From: Emiliania huxleyi CCMP1516
Lineage: Eukaryota
Direction of reading: 5' to 3'
NCBI RefSeq assembly: GCF_000372725.1
Contig: NW_005201298.1
Span: 21,936 to 61,658 of the forward strand
Length of the DNA: 39,723 nucleotides
This document shows, piece by piece, positions 10,901-22,700 of this stretch (positions are counted from its first letter, which is position 1; every line of letters starts with the position of its first letter). Made by a program: the position numbers and the translations under genes. The notes below the pieces were generated by a model. That model was not told the origin of the DNA and made no database searches. It worked only from the letters and a program-made list of their open reading frames with translations.

Positions 10901-12701
10901 CTGTCAGGCCCAACAGGTGGGCGCCAAGACAGCAACGGGGCGTACCGCCGCCACGGCGGCGGAGCGCAACGCAAGCCGCCACGCCGCCGCCGTCGAACGC
11001 GCACTGGCACAAGATCGCGCCGCGGCCCAGCCGGCAGCGCGCGTCGCCGAAGGGGAGAGGCGAGCGCGCCCCACCGACGGTGAGTGGCGCTGTCGGGCCC
11101 ACCAAAACAGGCGCTGGGACAGCGACAGGGCGCACCGCCGCAACGGCGGCGGAGCACAACGCGAGCCGCCACGCCGCTGCTGATCGCGTCGTGGCAGCCA
11201 CAGGCGCCGCGGCTCGGCCGGCGCGCGTGTCGCCAAAGGAAGAGGCGAGCGCGCTTCACCGGCGGCGAGAGGCGCTGCCGGGCCCAGCAGATATGTGCGC
11301 CAGGACAGCGACGGGGCGCACCGCCGCCACGGTGGCAGGGCGCAACGCAGAGCTGCCACGCCGCCGCTGAGCACGCCGCGGCGGCGAGCCGCGCCGCGGC
11401 TCGGCCGGCAGCGCGCGTCGCCGAGGGGAGAAGGCGAGTGCGCCCCACCGACGGCGGGAGGAACTATCAGGCCTTAGGACAGTAACGGGGCGTACCGCCG
11501 CCACGGCGGCGGAGCGCAACGAGAGCCGCCACGCCGCCGCCGAGCACGCCGCGGGAAGCTCGAACGGCGTGTCGTGCATGGCGCGGCGGGACGGATGATT
11601 TAACGCCTCACCCAGGCGGGGACTGAGAGCAGTAGCGGGGCGCCGGGGGCGAGCAGGTAGAGGCGCTTATCCTCGACGCTGCGGCGGCCAGCGTCGCCGC
11701 GCAAGTAGGTCGCCGCATCGCGCGCCTCCTCCAGCCACTGCGGCCCCGCAACGTTGGGGGCGCAGAGCGAAGGGGGCAGCGCGCCCTCCAGCGCGAGCAC
11801 GTAGTCCTTAAAATAGCTCGCCAGTAGTTGCGGGTTAGCACTCGGGGGGAGGCCGTACGCGGAGACAGCCGCTGGCGAGAAGGTAGGGCCGCGCGCGCAG
11901 CCGCCGCCGGCCTCGCCGCAGACGCCGCGGCGCTGGCTCGGCGAGGCGCCCCGCGCTGCGCATGAGCAGCATCCCCCGCCAGCGCGGCCGCGGCGGCGAG
12001 GCCCCCCACCGGGAGGAGATCGGGCTCTTTCACCTCCAGCGCCGCTGGCGACACATCGAGGCGGTCGATCGCCAGCTGTAGTGCAGCCGAAGAGGAGAAG
12101 GGGGCCGCGTCGAGGAGCCCGCACGTGAGCAGCTCGTTCAGGAAGCGAGCCCACGCGGTTCCGGTGAGAGCGAGGTCCAGCGGGCAGACCATCGGGGCGG
12201 GAGTACCGGCGGGGGGCGCCGCGTCCGAGGCGCAGCCGCCGGCCAAAGACGCGCAGCATCGCGTGGTGCGCAAGCTGCACGCGCGCTGCTCCGCTCGGCG
12301 CAGCCGCAACCGGCCCCTAGCGGAGGACGGCAGTAGCCACCACCAGCGGGTGGGCAGCGGGGCCCTGGACGGGGGCGTCGGGCCCCGCGTGGACGCAGTG
12401 CAGATCAATCGGCGGTACTGCCGCGGCCATCGCGCCCGACAGGGGCCGAGCGCGGCTCGCAGAAGCTCTCTTTATTCCCTAGTTCAAGCAAAGAAGGGGA
12501 GGGAGAGAGCGACGCGGCGAGCGCAGGCGGCGAGCGTGCACGTCGCCTGTGCGGCGTCTTGTTCACTCCCCTTTGAGCTACCTTTGTGCCCCCTTAGGGG
12601 CACCCCTCCTGCGCTGCGCGTATGGTCACCCCTCCCTTCCGCCCTGTTGTTTTGGATGCCCCGCTCCGAGAAAGCATGTCTCGCAGCTGCGAGAAAAGAC
12701 C
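7902..12701 (-). mobile_element. 4.8-kb element bounded by identical 128-bp direct repeats, with decayed gag-like ORFs; class unresolved (LTR-like or YR/DIRS-Ngaro-like)
   Basis: 7902-8029 is identical to 12574-12701. Frameshifted minus-strand coding lies at 11600-12430 and 8410-8975. No TSD seen. Confidence 0.55.
8974..11606. repeat. Complex repeat block: 13-mer GTGGGCCAGCTCC array (9188-9266), four 90-bp tandem units (10255-10608), many diverged longer modules
   Basis: Tandem units directly visible. Recurring motifs include ggcgccacagcattrggctttaggcgcc and gcgcaccgccgccacggcgg. Flanked by CTCACC direct repeats. Confidence 0.85.
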
Positions 12702-12780
12702 ATTCTGTACATGTCTGGACGCTCCACAAACCCTATTGGGGACTCGGACGCGATGGATTACACGCTGCCAATACGGTATT

Positions 12781-14785
12781 CTACGGCTGCACTATTTGCT
12801 GCGGCTCGGCGGGGCGCCGCCGCACGAGGCGCGCCACCGCGATGCGGCGGCGGAGGAGCTGCCACCGCCGCTGGAGCGGTCCCGCATCGCAAGGCACGGC
12901 TCCCATGCTTGTTAGTATGAGGCGCAAGCTCACCGTGCGGTGCGCCGGAGCCGGGTAGAGCGGCACCGCCACCGTGTCGAAGAGCTTGTACGGCGGCTGC
13001 TGCAGCACCTGCGGCGTCTGCTGGAAAAAGTTGCGGAAAGGAACGCCGCCGCAGCTTGGCTCCTGTTCGTGGACCGGGGCGATGACGATGCCCCGGTCCA
13101 TCGCCGCCTGCACGAGGCGCGCGACGGCGCCGCCGGCGTCCAGGAAGGTCTTATCGTTCAGGTAGAGCAGGAACACTACGTGCCCGGAGAGCGGGGCCGC
13201 GTTGACTCCCTCGAGCGCCTCCTCCGCATCGCGGATCGCGACCGCCTCGGCGCTGGCGGTAGAGCCGCGTCCCTCCCCCGCCGCCGTCTCGACCAGCTCC
13301 GCTACATTGGCGGCGCCCTCGTTGCCGCTGCACACGAGGATGGTGACGGGGCCGCTGAAGGCAACGGGGCCCGCCTGGCCGGGCACCATCACTCCGTCGG
13401 CGAGCTCGGCCGGGCGGCTCGCGTAGTAGGGAGAGTGGCGCAGCATGCGCAGCACGACAGCCTTGAGCGACACGAGCTGAAAGGCGTTCACCCGCACCCA
13501 CACGATAGGCATCGCCTCCTCAAACACGCGCGCGAGCATCTCGTCTGGCCCGCGGTAGGAAGGGTAGCCAGGCGGAGCGACCTCGACGCAGTGCTCGCGG
13601 CACTCTGCCTTCAGCGCCTCGATCGAGGCGCCGCCCTTTCCTGTGTCTGCCTCAAAGATGGGGATGAAGGGCCGGTTCGAGCCGAGCGCCGCGTACAGCT
13701 CGCGGCGACAGTTGAAGCTCTTGAAGTATCCCGCGCTGAGGAAGACGAGAAAGGTCATCGCGTCCCTCACCGACTCCTCGAGCCTGCCCACGTCCTCGAG
13801 GTTGTCGACGTCGAGCCAGATCCGGACGCCGGGCAGTAGCAGCTGGAGTCGCCGCACGACGGTGTGGGTCTGGTCCTGGCCGGTTCCCCAGGCGTGCGAG
13901 ATGAAGCCGTGAAAGTGGCACTCGGGGGACAACTCTAGGACTGGGGGGCGGCCGGAGCAGACGAGGCGGACGGTGGGCATGCGGACGGCGCTGATTGTCT
14001 TGAAGAGGACGACGAGCAGCGACGCGATGAGCATTGCGGCGGCGAGCACGATGACAAACTCGCTCGCGCCGCGCGCGCTGTCGAGGCCCACGAGGGTCTT
14101 GCACATGTCCTCGTAAGCGGCGCTCTCGCACAGCTGAATCACCGTGCCGGAGGTGAAGCAACAGGCGAGCAACATATTGGCGGTGCACGCGAGGTAAAGG
14201 TCGTCGTCGCGCTTGAAGGGACGGGTGAGGGCGAGGACGGCGAGGTAGAGGGCCGAGACGACAGACGCGATGAAGAGGCGGAGGATCTTGCTCGAGCCGT
14301 CGTCTGTCTGGATGAAGAGCACCAGCGAAGCGAGGAAGAGCTTGCGGCCCAGATCGACGACCTCCCAGAAGAGGAAACGCGGGTCGTAGTCGCGCCAGAG
14401 GAAGCGGCAAGCTCGTGCCGTGGCCATGACTCGCTGCGCCCGCACCTCGGAGCGGATCGAGAGCAGGAGCGCCAGGAAGGCTAGCGGCACGAGCACCGGC
14501 CAGAGCACGAAGAACGCCCAGAAGTAGGCGTCGAGGCCGCTGTACTCGTCGTCGTCGGCGCTGCAGAGCACGTCGAGGTCGGCCACGAGGTAGCTGCGCC
14601 TCTCCCCGGTAAAGAGGTTGATGTCAAACGACTCGCACTGCTTCGCCTTGAAGATGGAGCGAGAGACGGAGGGCAGCACGAGGTAGGCAACGAGGATGGC
14701 CCAGTAGATCAGGCGGCGCAGCGTAGCGCGGACGACGTCGCGACGGAGGCTGTCGGCGCAACCAGACAGAGTCGGCGTCGCCCTA
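12781..14785 (-). CDS. Multi-pass membrane receptor-like protein with a cytoplasmic TIR domain and a second degenerate TIR-like domain (long terminal exon)
   Basis: TM segments (LIYWAILVAYLVLPSV, YFWAFFVLWPVLVPLAFLALLL, FWEVVDLGRKLFLASLVLF), then FHGFISHAWGTGQD...IWLDVDNL...FLVFLSAGYFKSFNCRRELYAA (TIR with Glu). A second unit reads VFLLYLNDKTF...IAPVHEQ. Confidence 0.85.
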
Positions 14786-14845
14786 CGCGTCGAACGCGGG
14801 ATGGGGTCACAGAGTGGGTCGGCAGACGCCGGCGCGCACAATGCC

Positions 14846-15890
14846 AGGCGCTCGCCGCCGGGGCGGGCTCCTCCTTCGGAAACTCCTTGATCGACGGCAG
14901 CGGCGCGCCGCCGGCCTCCGCCGGCTTGAGGGCCGTGGCGACCTTGGTGGCCGGCTTGAGCGACGGGTCGTTCTTGATGGCGCCGGTCTCGTCAACGGAG
15001 GCCTCCGCGCCAGACTCTGCCGCAGGGATGTCCTTCTTGAGGGCGCCCTTGACGGCGCCGGTGGGGGCCGTCGGTGGGCCGGTCGGGGGCGTAAACTTGG
15101 ACCAGAAAACGGCGGGCGGGCACGGAGCGTGGGTGGCGAACATGGCCTTGGCCTTGTCCGAGTTGACCGCGCCCGCGGCCTTTTCCGCGGCCGGGTCCTT
15201 CTTGAGGACGCCCTCCGGGCCAGACTTTGCCACGGAGATGTTGACGTTCTTGACGCCGCACGCCTGTGGGCGAGGGAGAGTACAGTACGCGCAGGCTTTC
15301 GGAGACGGGAGAGGATCATAATCCTGGTGTGCGCACGCGCACCTTGGCTCCGGGGAGCGAAGGCGACACCGACGCGGAGATGACGAGCGTGACGCGGCCG
15401 TCGTCAGCCGGCACGATTCCGACCTTCGCGGAGGACGTCATCGGCGAAAACTCGCCCTTGACGTTGCCGCCGCCCGCGTCAACGCCGTCCTTGAGCGGGA
15501 CAGGCTCGCCCTCGGACGGGACGTTGCCGGTGCCGGTGCTGGCGGTGCCGGTGCCGCCGGTGCCGGTGTCGATGCCATCCTTGAGCGAGACGGGCTCGGA
15601 GGGGATGCCGACGGCGTTGCCTCCGCCGGAGTCGATGGCGGTCGTGTTGTCTGCCAGAGACGCCTGTCAGCCACAGAACGCGAGAGGCTAGTCTTGCGTG
15701 CATACCCCCTCCCTGAGCCAGTGCAAATTAACGCACACCTGCTTGTCAGCAAGCGGCGGCGGAGGAGAGAGCTTGAGCACAAGCTTGTCACCGGCGGCCG
15801 GCACGAGCTCGAGTTTGAGCATGTTGATCGAATTCCTGCAGAGAGTCAAGAAGCGGTTGAAGGTGGTGCTCGAGTGGCCCTAGCGGCTGC
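14846..15890 (-). CDS. Three inferred low-complexity exons (~15890-15739, 15664-15344, 15263-14846), possibly the 5' part of, or fused to, the TIR gene
   Basis: Coding-like codon usage and AG|GT donor / CAG| acceptor sites at ~15738, 15665, 15343 and 15264. Pro/Ala/Lys/Gly-rich; no domain recognised. Confidence 0.4.
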
Positions 15891-17813
15891 GGACACAGAG
15901 TGGCTAGAGAGCGTGGGCGGGGGGAGTGGTGTGGTGTGGTGTGGTGTGGTGTAGGGGTGTGGGGAGGGGTGGGCTGGGCTGGGTTATAAAGGCGATGGAG
16001 AAAATCTCGGGCAATCTCGGGCGACCTGGCCTAAAAAGACAGAAAGAAAATCAACGCGCCCGCGTGCCGCAGCAGGAGAGGAGACTAACGGGCTTCTTGA
16101 CTTGACCGGGAAGGTTCGAGCCTGAGAGAGTAGAGCTGCGCCTACGGGCAGCACGCCTCGGCGTTAGCGTCGCGACGACCGGCACACTCTCTCGTGTCCT
16201 CGGCGCTCGGACTGGAGCCGGGCAGCGATTGGCAAGCGAGCGGGCTGCGTCGCTCTCTCGCCGGAAAAGAGTGGGGGCAATCGGGCGGGTTCGCTCGGTT
16301 TAAGGGTGGGGAACGAGCGGCAGCGGCCGCGTCTCGCGGCTCCTCGATGGCAGCAGCCTCACCTGCGAACGGGAGGTGGCAGGCATTGTGAGGCCGAGAG
16401 GGGCGTAGCAGATTACGCTCGTGCCCCAAGCGAAGCGCATCGCATGGTGGGAGCGGAGAGGGAGCGGCGGGTTGCGCGAGCAGGAGGCGTCGCGCCGCTC
16501 GGGCGTGCAGCTCCCCGCGGCCATATGTGCGTCGACGCAAGCGCGAGCGGAACGGGAAAGGCGAGGGACCTGCGAGGGACCTGTGGCGTCGAGGGGAATG
16601 TGACGCGCGCTTTTGGATATCTATATGATAGCCAGCCTCGATCAAAAAGAGCGCCTTCGGCACTACTCTCTCGAGGTCTCGCGGATCTTATAAATCAGCC
16701 GAACGGCCACAGAAGGTTCACCGACACCAGGGAGAGAACGGGAGCCTCCAAGAAAAGAATTTTACAACAAAACTCCCCCTTCGCTGGGAATGTGGGGATT
16801 TATCTCGGCTTATGGGAAATGCTTATGCATCCTTTCGCCAGGGGAATATGGGGAACATCTCATGTTCACACTGTCGTCTGTGGCTGCAAACTGTGGCCGC
16901 GAAACCAAACAAAACCCTGGCCTCCTCACAGATTTTCGGCACGACGTACAGCGTCAGCGAAAATCAATTGGTGGACCCTGACGGCTCCTCACCGAGATAG
17001 CCGGCTCTCGGCGTCTCCGACACACACCTATGATCGAGTGTTTTTTCATATCAACGCGAATGGAAATTCTTCTCTTGCGCACCAGTCCCGTGCCAGTGTG
17101 TCCGTGCGAGGGAGCTTTGTTGTAAAATTCTTTTGCTGTGTGTTAGAGTGCCGGCTCGCGGCTGCCGGGGTGTCTAAACACGGCGCAAGGCCCATGAGCC
17201 ATCCCAAGCTGCAGAAACGAGCTTTAGGCACTGAGATTATAGTGCGCGTGAGTGAGCTCATTATGGTGCGCGCGGAGCGCGCTGGTGCTACTCGGACATA
17301 CGCGCGGAGCGCGCTAGCTAGACACACGCGCGGAGCGCGCCGGCTAGGTACCGCGGAGCAAGCAAATCAACGCAACCGTTCCTTCGAATGCTGACGCCGC
17401 AAGTCGTTGCCGCCGGTTGCCAAAGTGCGCCTGGATTGCTCAGCAGCACAAGCTCCACGGAGCCAGCGAGCGCCGAGCGACATTGCCTTGACTGAGCCGG
17501 ACTGGGACATGTCGGCGGGCAAACTTGTAAAATGGTTCCGATAGCCGAGGTAGCTCCGGCGGACGTGAGAGCACGGCCTGACGATCAAGCACGAGAGCGA
17601 CGAACGGAGGCGCAGATAACTGGCGGTGAACTCACTACCGAGAGGGCCTCAGGCTCGGACTGGACACCAACGCGGTATGGGTGGACGCTGGACAGATGAT
17701 GACGAGCGTGCCGAGCATGAGGCCGAGCTGGGAGCTGGTGTTGAGGGGGACGTGTAAATACACTCGGAATTCTCACTTTGGGACACGGGTGGTGGGGGTC
17801 CCGGGTGGTGGTA

Positions 17814-18760
17814 AAAAAGAAAGAAAGAAAACAGACAACCCAAGGTAGCGATGGGAGCACGGCACGCCGCCACCACACAGGGATTTTAAGGAGAGGGGTG
17901 TGGTGCGCTAGCCGTCGCCCACCCTTGGGCGTCCGCCTCTTCCTATCTCTCTTCGCAGTCCCTCGCCGATTCTCGCTGCAACCTTCATGCCACCTCGCGG
18001 TCGCCCCCTTCTCGTCGTGCTCTCCCTTGTCGCTTCTTCCTCTGTCGCGTCGCTCTCCTCTGCCTCGTTCTGCGACGCCGCCGCCGCCTGCCGGACGGTC
18101 CCTTGTTCTCGCGGCTTCTTTCGCCTTTCGGCGCAGCTCCGCCCTCCTTGCTGCATATGCTGGCCCCTCGAGTCTATCGAGCTCTCCTCGAGCAAGGACG
18201 AGTCTTCTGACGCCCACTGCTATCATTTGCTGCCCAGTCATGTGGTTGCTCAGGTCCACTCTCTCTTCGAACACTTGAGCCTTCACGGATGATGCCGGCG
18301 CTGGGGTCCCCTTCGGGTGCATCGTGACAGCTGACAGCGGGATTTCCACTGGTTCGTCCTCCTCGGAGTCGTCTTCCCCGGCTTCCTTCCGCTCGGCTCT
18401 ACGTTCGGTACGTTCGGCGTGGCTCACCCTCCATGCCGTGAACAGGCGCTTTATCCACCCTATATTCTTCTCTCGTTCCTCTGCCCGTGCCTTGGTCTTG
18501 TCGTTGTTTCGCACCCATGTCTGTATGGCAATCGAGGCTGCCTTCCCCACTACCTGTAGTTCACTCGTCACCTCTCCCGCGAGCTCCCTTCTCTTTCTTT
18601 CGGGTATGGAGTCCGTGAGTGCGGGTAGCGTGCAGGCAATCACGGGCGCTATTTTGTCGTACTCCTCTTCGGCGAGCGCTCCGAATCTAGACCCTATTGC
18701 CTTTAAGGAGGCTGCCACGCGTGGGGAGACCTCGTTGTGGTCCTGAAGCCGATGTTGCCG
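17814..18760 (-). mobile_element. Probable 3' remnant of a retroelement: charged ORF tail followed by a (TTTC)n/T-rich end
   Basis: Lower-GC open frame (VAASLKAIGSRFG...IKRLFTAWR...) ending in ttttctttctttctttttt on the minus strand. No RT motif seen. Confidence 0.35.
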
Positions 18761-19244
18761 TGGAGGGGCCAGGAAAAGACCGATCTCGTGAACGCGAGAT
18801 GTCGCAAAGAGAAAAATGAAAAAGACGGGCGCCCCCCGCCCCTGCCACCCTCGGCGTGTGCCCCTATCAGTGTGCCTGTGGTAGACAGGACCAAGCAAGT
18901 GGGTGGCGAAGGCGCGCGTCGCTGGGAGCTCAGAGCCGCGTCCCCTGCTCGCCACCCCGACGCTCAAGGCGCCCGAGTCGAACGACAGGCGGCACGCGAA
19001 GACTGTTGCAATCCCGCCGATCCTGGAGAGATGACCGGTTGTTTTTTTCTTCTTTTTTCTAGTCCCGTGCCCAGTGATGCGCAGACAGTACTTCTCTTCA
19101 CAACAAAAACAAACTTTGGCGAGCCAACGCAGCTTACACACGTCGCGGCAGTCGAGGTGTCCACCGCCTCTTACCCCAGTTGCACCGCGCGCGCAGCGCG
19201 GCGCCCGCGAGTCGCGCGACGTCCGACGACAACAGAGTCTTCCG

Positions 19245-19345
19245 TAGCCCGCAGCGCGAACTCGGAGCCTAGCGCAGCGCGAACTCGCCGTCTGAGCCTA
19301 GCGCAGCGCGAACTCGCTGTCTGAGCCTAGCGCAGCGCGGACTCG
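19245..19345. repeat. ~29-bp tandem repeat (gagcctagcgcagcgcgaactcgccgtct), about 3.5 copies
   Basis: Directly visible. Confidence 0.85.
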
Positions 19346-19768
19346 CTCCTGTTCATAGCTGCGCAACCCTAGCCCGGCTCCATGTTTTCTTTTTGCGCAG
19401 CGGCGCCGCCAGACGCCCGCCCCGGCGGTGAACGAGCGGAGCGAAGTGAACCGCCGGGGCGGGCGCCTGGCGGCTCCGCGGAGCGCCTTTGGCTCGGCGC
19501 GGGCGGGGGGGCGAGTATAAAAAGAAATCGAAGAGGCGCTCTCAAAGAAATTTAGTGCGGCCCGACTAACACAACCTTTAGGAACACCATTTTGCGGTCC
19601 TGAGCGGCCGTCTCGGAACGGTACAAGCAACGGTACGGGAGTTGCCCGGGCGGCAATGCTGCTCGCAACCCTAGACGTAGCCGACTAAACAACAATCCGA
19701 GCCTACGGCACCCCGGGCTCGTGATACCGCACCGCCCACGGGACCGACCCACACTGGGTTGCTTCCGA

Positions 19769-22700
19769 TCAAATGAACTGGCGGCTGTCGGGGGAAAGAG
19801 CGGCCTCCATCTCGGCGGCTTGGCGCATGAGCTGCCGCTGCTCGAGGGCGCTGATCCCCTCCTCATACGGCCCGTCGTAAGAGCCGCTGCTCTTCCTGCT
19901 CCCCCACACCGGCGGTGTGGTCATGTCGCCGGCCGCAGCCGCAAGCGGCGTCTCTGGCGCGGGAGGCTCTCCCCTCCCCAGCCGGCGCGGTGTCGGGTCG
20001 GGCGCCTGCCGGCGCTGCTCGACAAGCTCGACACCGCGCGGGAGCTCGGGCGTGCAGTCGGCCTCGGCGAGCCGCGCGTTGACGGCCGCCTCGATGTCGC
20101 CGAGCTTGCCCTTTGCTGCGCGGATGGCCGCGTCGTGCCGCTCCTCAGCGGCGGCCGCGCGCCGCAGCGGCGCCTGCTCCTCCCCAGGCATGTCCCCAGG
20201 CTCCTCCGGCAGCTGCACCGCCGACTGCCGCGCGTCGCGAGCCTTGTCGCGAGCGCGCTGCGCGAGGAAGGCGGCGCGCGCCTCCGCGTGCGCCACCCAC
20301 TGCGGCCTGCGCGGGACGAGCCACTTGAAGAGGACCTTGGCGAGGAGGACTGCGTGCTCGAGCGCCACGAGGAGCACGATGGTCGTGTACCAGACGGTGT
20401 ACCTGCCCACACGACCTCACGCGTGAAGAGTCTCCACTCACAGCGCGACCGCCGTGTGCACGGGACGGCGTGTGCCGCCGCTCGCCGCAGAGCGAGCAGA
20501 GCCGCGCGTCGTAATGCGGGTCGGCCGGGTCGCAGAGCAGGTCCGCGAAGGGCTGCGAGCGGTAGGCGAGTGCGTCGAGGTACTCCGAGGCGGGCAGCCA
20601 CGGCACCGACCCAACCTCCGCGAAGCAGAGCCTGTAGTTACTGCGGCACCGGTCGTCGTGCCAGGAGATGTTGAAACCGGACCAGACGCCAAAGGGAGTC
20701 ATCGCCTCCGGCTCGTTGGGCGGCGCAACCTCGCACGCGGCGTCGTCGCGGTCGGCGACGATCGGCGTCACGATGTAGTCGCGGAACGTCCACGACGTCG
20801 CGAGCAGCAGCACGTTGACCACGATGGCGAGCCACGAGAGGAGCTCCATCATCTGCTGCCACGAGCCCGCGTCCTTGGCGCCGAGGTAGCGCGGCCGCCG
20901 CACCTCGAAGCCGAGCTTGTGCGCGTCGACGCGCAGCTCCACGAAGTTGGCCAGCATCGCGCAGAAGGAGGCGAGCGGGAAGCAGGCCGAGAAGAGGGCG
21001 ATGTACCCGAACTGGACCACTACTCGGAGAAGGTGCCGTCGAAAGGGCGCATCGAGACCTGCGCCAGCGCGGGAGGGGGGGGGGGGGGGGTGCAGGCTTC
21101 GGTGGGCAGAGGGCTGGGGCGGCGGGCCGACGGCGGGGGAGAGGAGACTTGCCTGCCGCTCGATCGCGTAGCGGAACTCCATTTCCTGCGACGCGTGCCG
21201 GACGGCACTCGCGATGCGGTTGACACTCGGCTCCTCGGCTTGCCCGCCCGCCAACACCGCCCGAGGTGTGCCCTCGTTGCTCGTGGCGAGGGACGGCGGC
21301 GGCGGCGGGCGGGCCCCCCTTTGGACCTTTGCCGGCGCCGATTCCGCCAGCTTCGTCCACTGCCTCTCGAGAGCTCGAGCGCGCCGCCAGAGGTTGAGCC
21401 AGCGGACGAGCCTGCAGACAGCGCGTGTGGCGGGTCGGAGGGCCGTGGTGGGTGGACACACCCCCGCGGAAGGCGGGGCGGAGGGGAGCCGTGGCAGGAA
21501 GACTTGCAGCGGCAGCTCGTACAGCGGCTTCAAGATCATGAAGCATAGCATTGTCACGCGGAGCTCGGACCAGCAGTCGTCGCGCACAAAGATGAAGTCC
21601 TCGCCCCCGCCGTCCCCGCCGGCGCTGCAGCGCGATCCGGCGCTCATCGAGGCCCACCAGTCCCTGCCTCGGGCGCCACAGGTGTCCGCATACGGTTCGC
21701 CGTACGGGTCGGTGTACCCCCACCCGCCAAAGAGCGTCAGCGAGTTCGGCTTCGCGAACGCGACGTAGACGAGCGGGCCTGCTAGTCACAGGAACCTTCT
21801 AGGAACCTTCTAGGAACCTTCTCTAGCAGACGAGCGGGCCTGCTAGTCACAATGCTTTGGAGTCTGTGGACACGGCCTCGGGTGGAGCCCCCGTCCTCGA
21901 CAGGCGGGCCGTAAGAGTTGATGCACTCGAAGAGGAGGTTCTAGGAAGTGTCTAGGAAGTGTCGAGGAAGTGTCCAGGAAGTGTCCAGGAAGTGTCTAGG
22001 AAGTCGCGGGCCGTAAGAGTTGATGCACTGGAAGAGGAAGGACTTTCGGATGAGCGCGTCCTCGTACTCTGAGGCCGGGCGAGGGGGTGTGGCGCTCTGA
22101 GGGCGGGGGTGTGGAGCGCCGGCTGAGGCCGCCGGGGGACGGCGGGGGCGGGGGGGGGGGGGGGGGGCCAAACGGGAGGTTCTCCCCCTTTGAGGGCCCC
22201 TAGGGGCGGGGAGGGGCACCGGTGTCTGTCCTGTGGTACTCGAGGCCGTTCAGACAGGCTGCGAGCCGCTTGTACAGCGCGTTCATCACCGAGATCCAGA
22301 CGGTGTTGAGCGCCGCGCCGATGAAGGGACCCCATTGCGAGTTGAGGTAGGTGTTGCCTTCGAACTGTTTCCCCAGCCGGAGCAGCGCGCGGAACGAGAA
22401 AATGGAGAGCATCACCGCGACGGTGGTGGCGGCGACGAGCAGCAGCACCGGCGCGCCGACGCAGAAGAAGACGCAGAGCCGCCGCCACGGCGAGAGGACG
22501 AGCATCTCCTCGCCGGCGGGGTGCGGCACGAAGCGGCGGACGCGCGACGTGCCGCCCCCGGCCATGTAGAAGCCCCGCTGCTTGGTGATGGACTTCATGC
22601 GGTGGAAGGCCTGCAGGCGCTCGCGGGCCATGAGTGTGAGTGAGGGCTCCCACTGCTGCCCCCCTGACTATTGCACTTTTGTCTGTGTGGCGATGCCTTT

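Noticed and set aside
9538..11370. 610-aa ORF with 30-aa repeats
   Set aside because: It lies wholly in a GC-rich repeat block that is open in several frames on both strands; no domain recognised.
16100..16130. tRNA from GGTTCGAGCC B-box match
   Set aside because: No A box or cloverleaf upstream.
16118..16680. Imperfect inverted repeat (GAGAGAGTAG / CTACTCTCTC) as MITE ends
   Set aside because: Only 10 bp perfect, low complexity, no TSD found.
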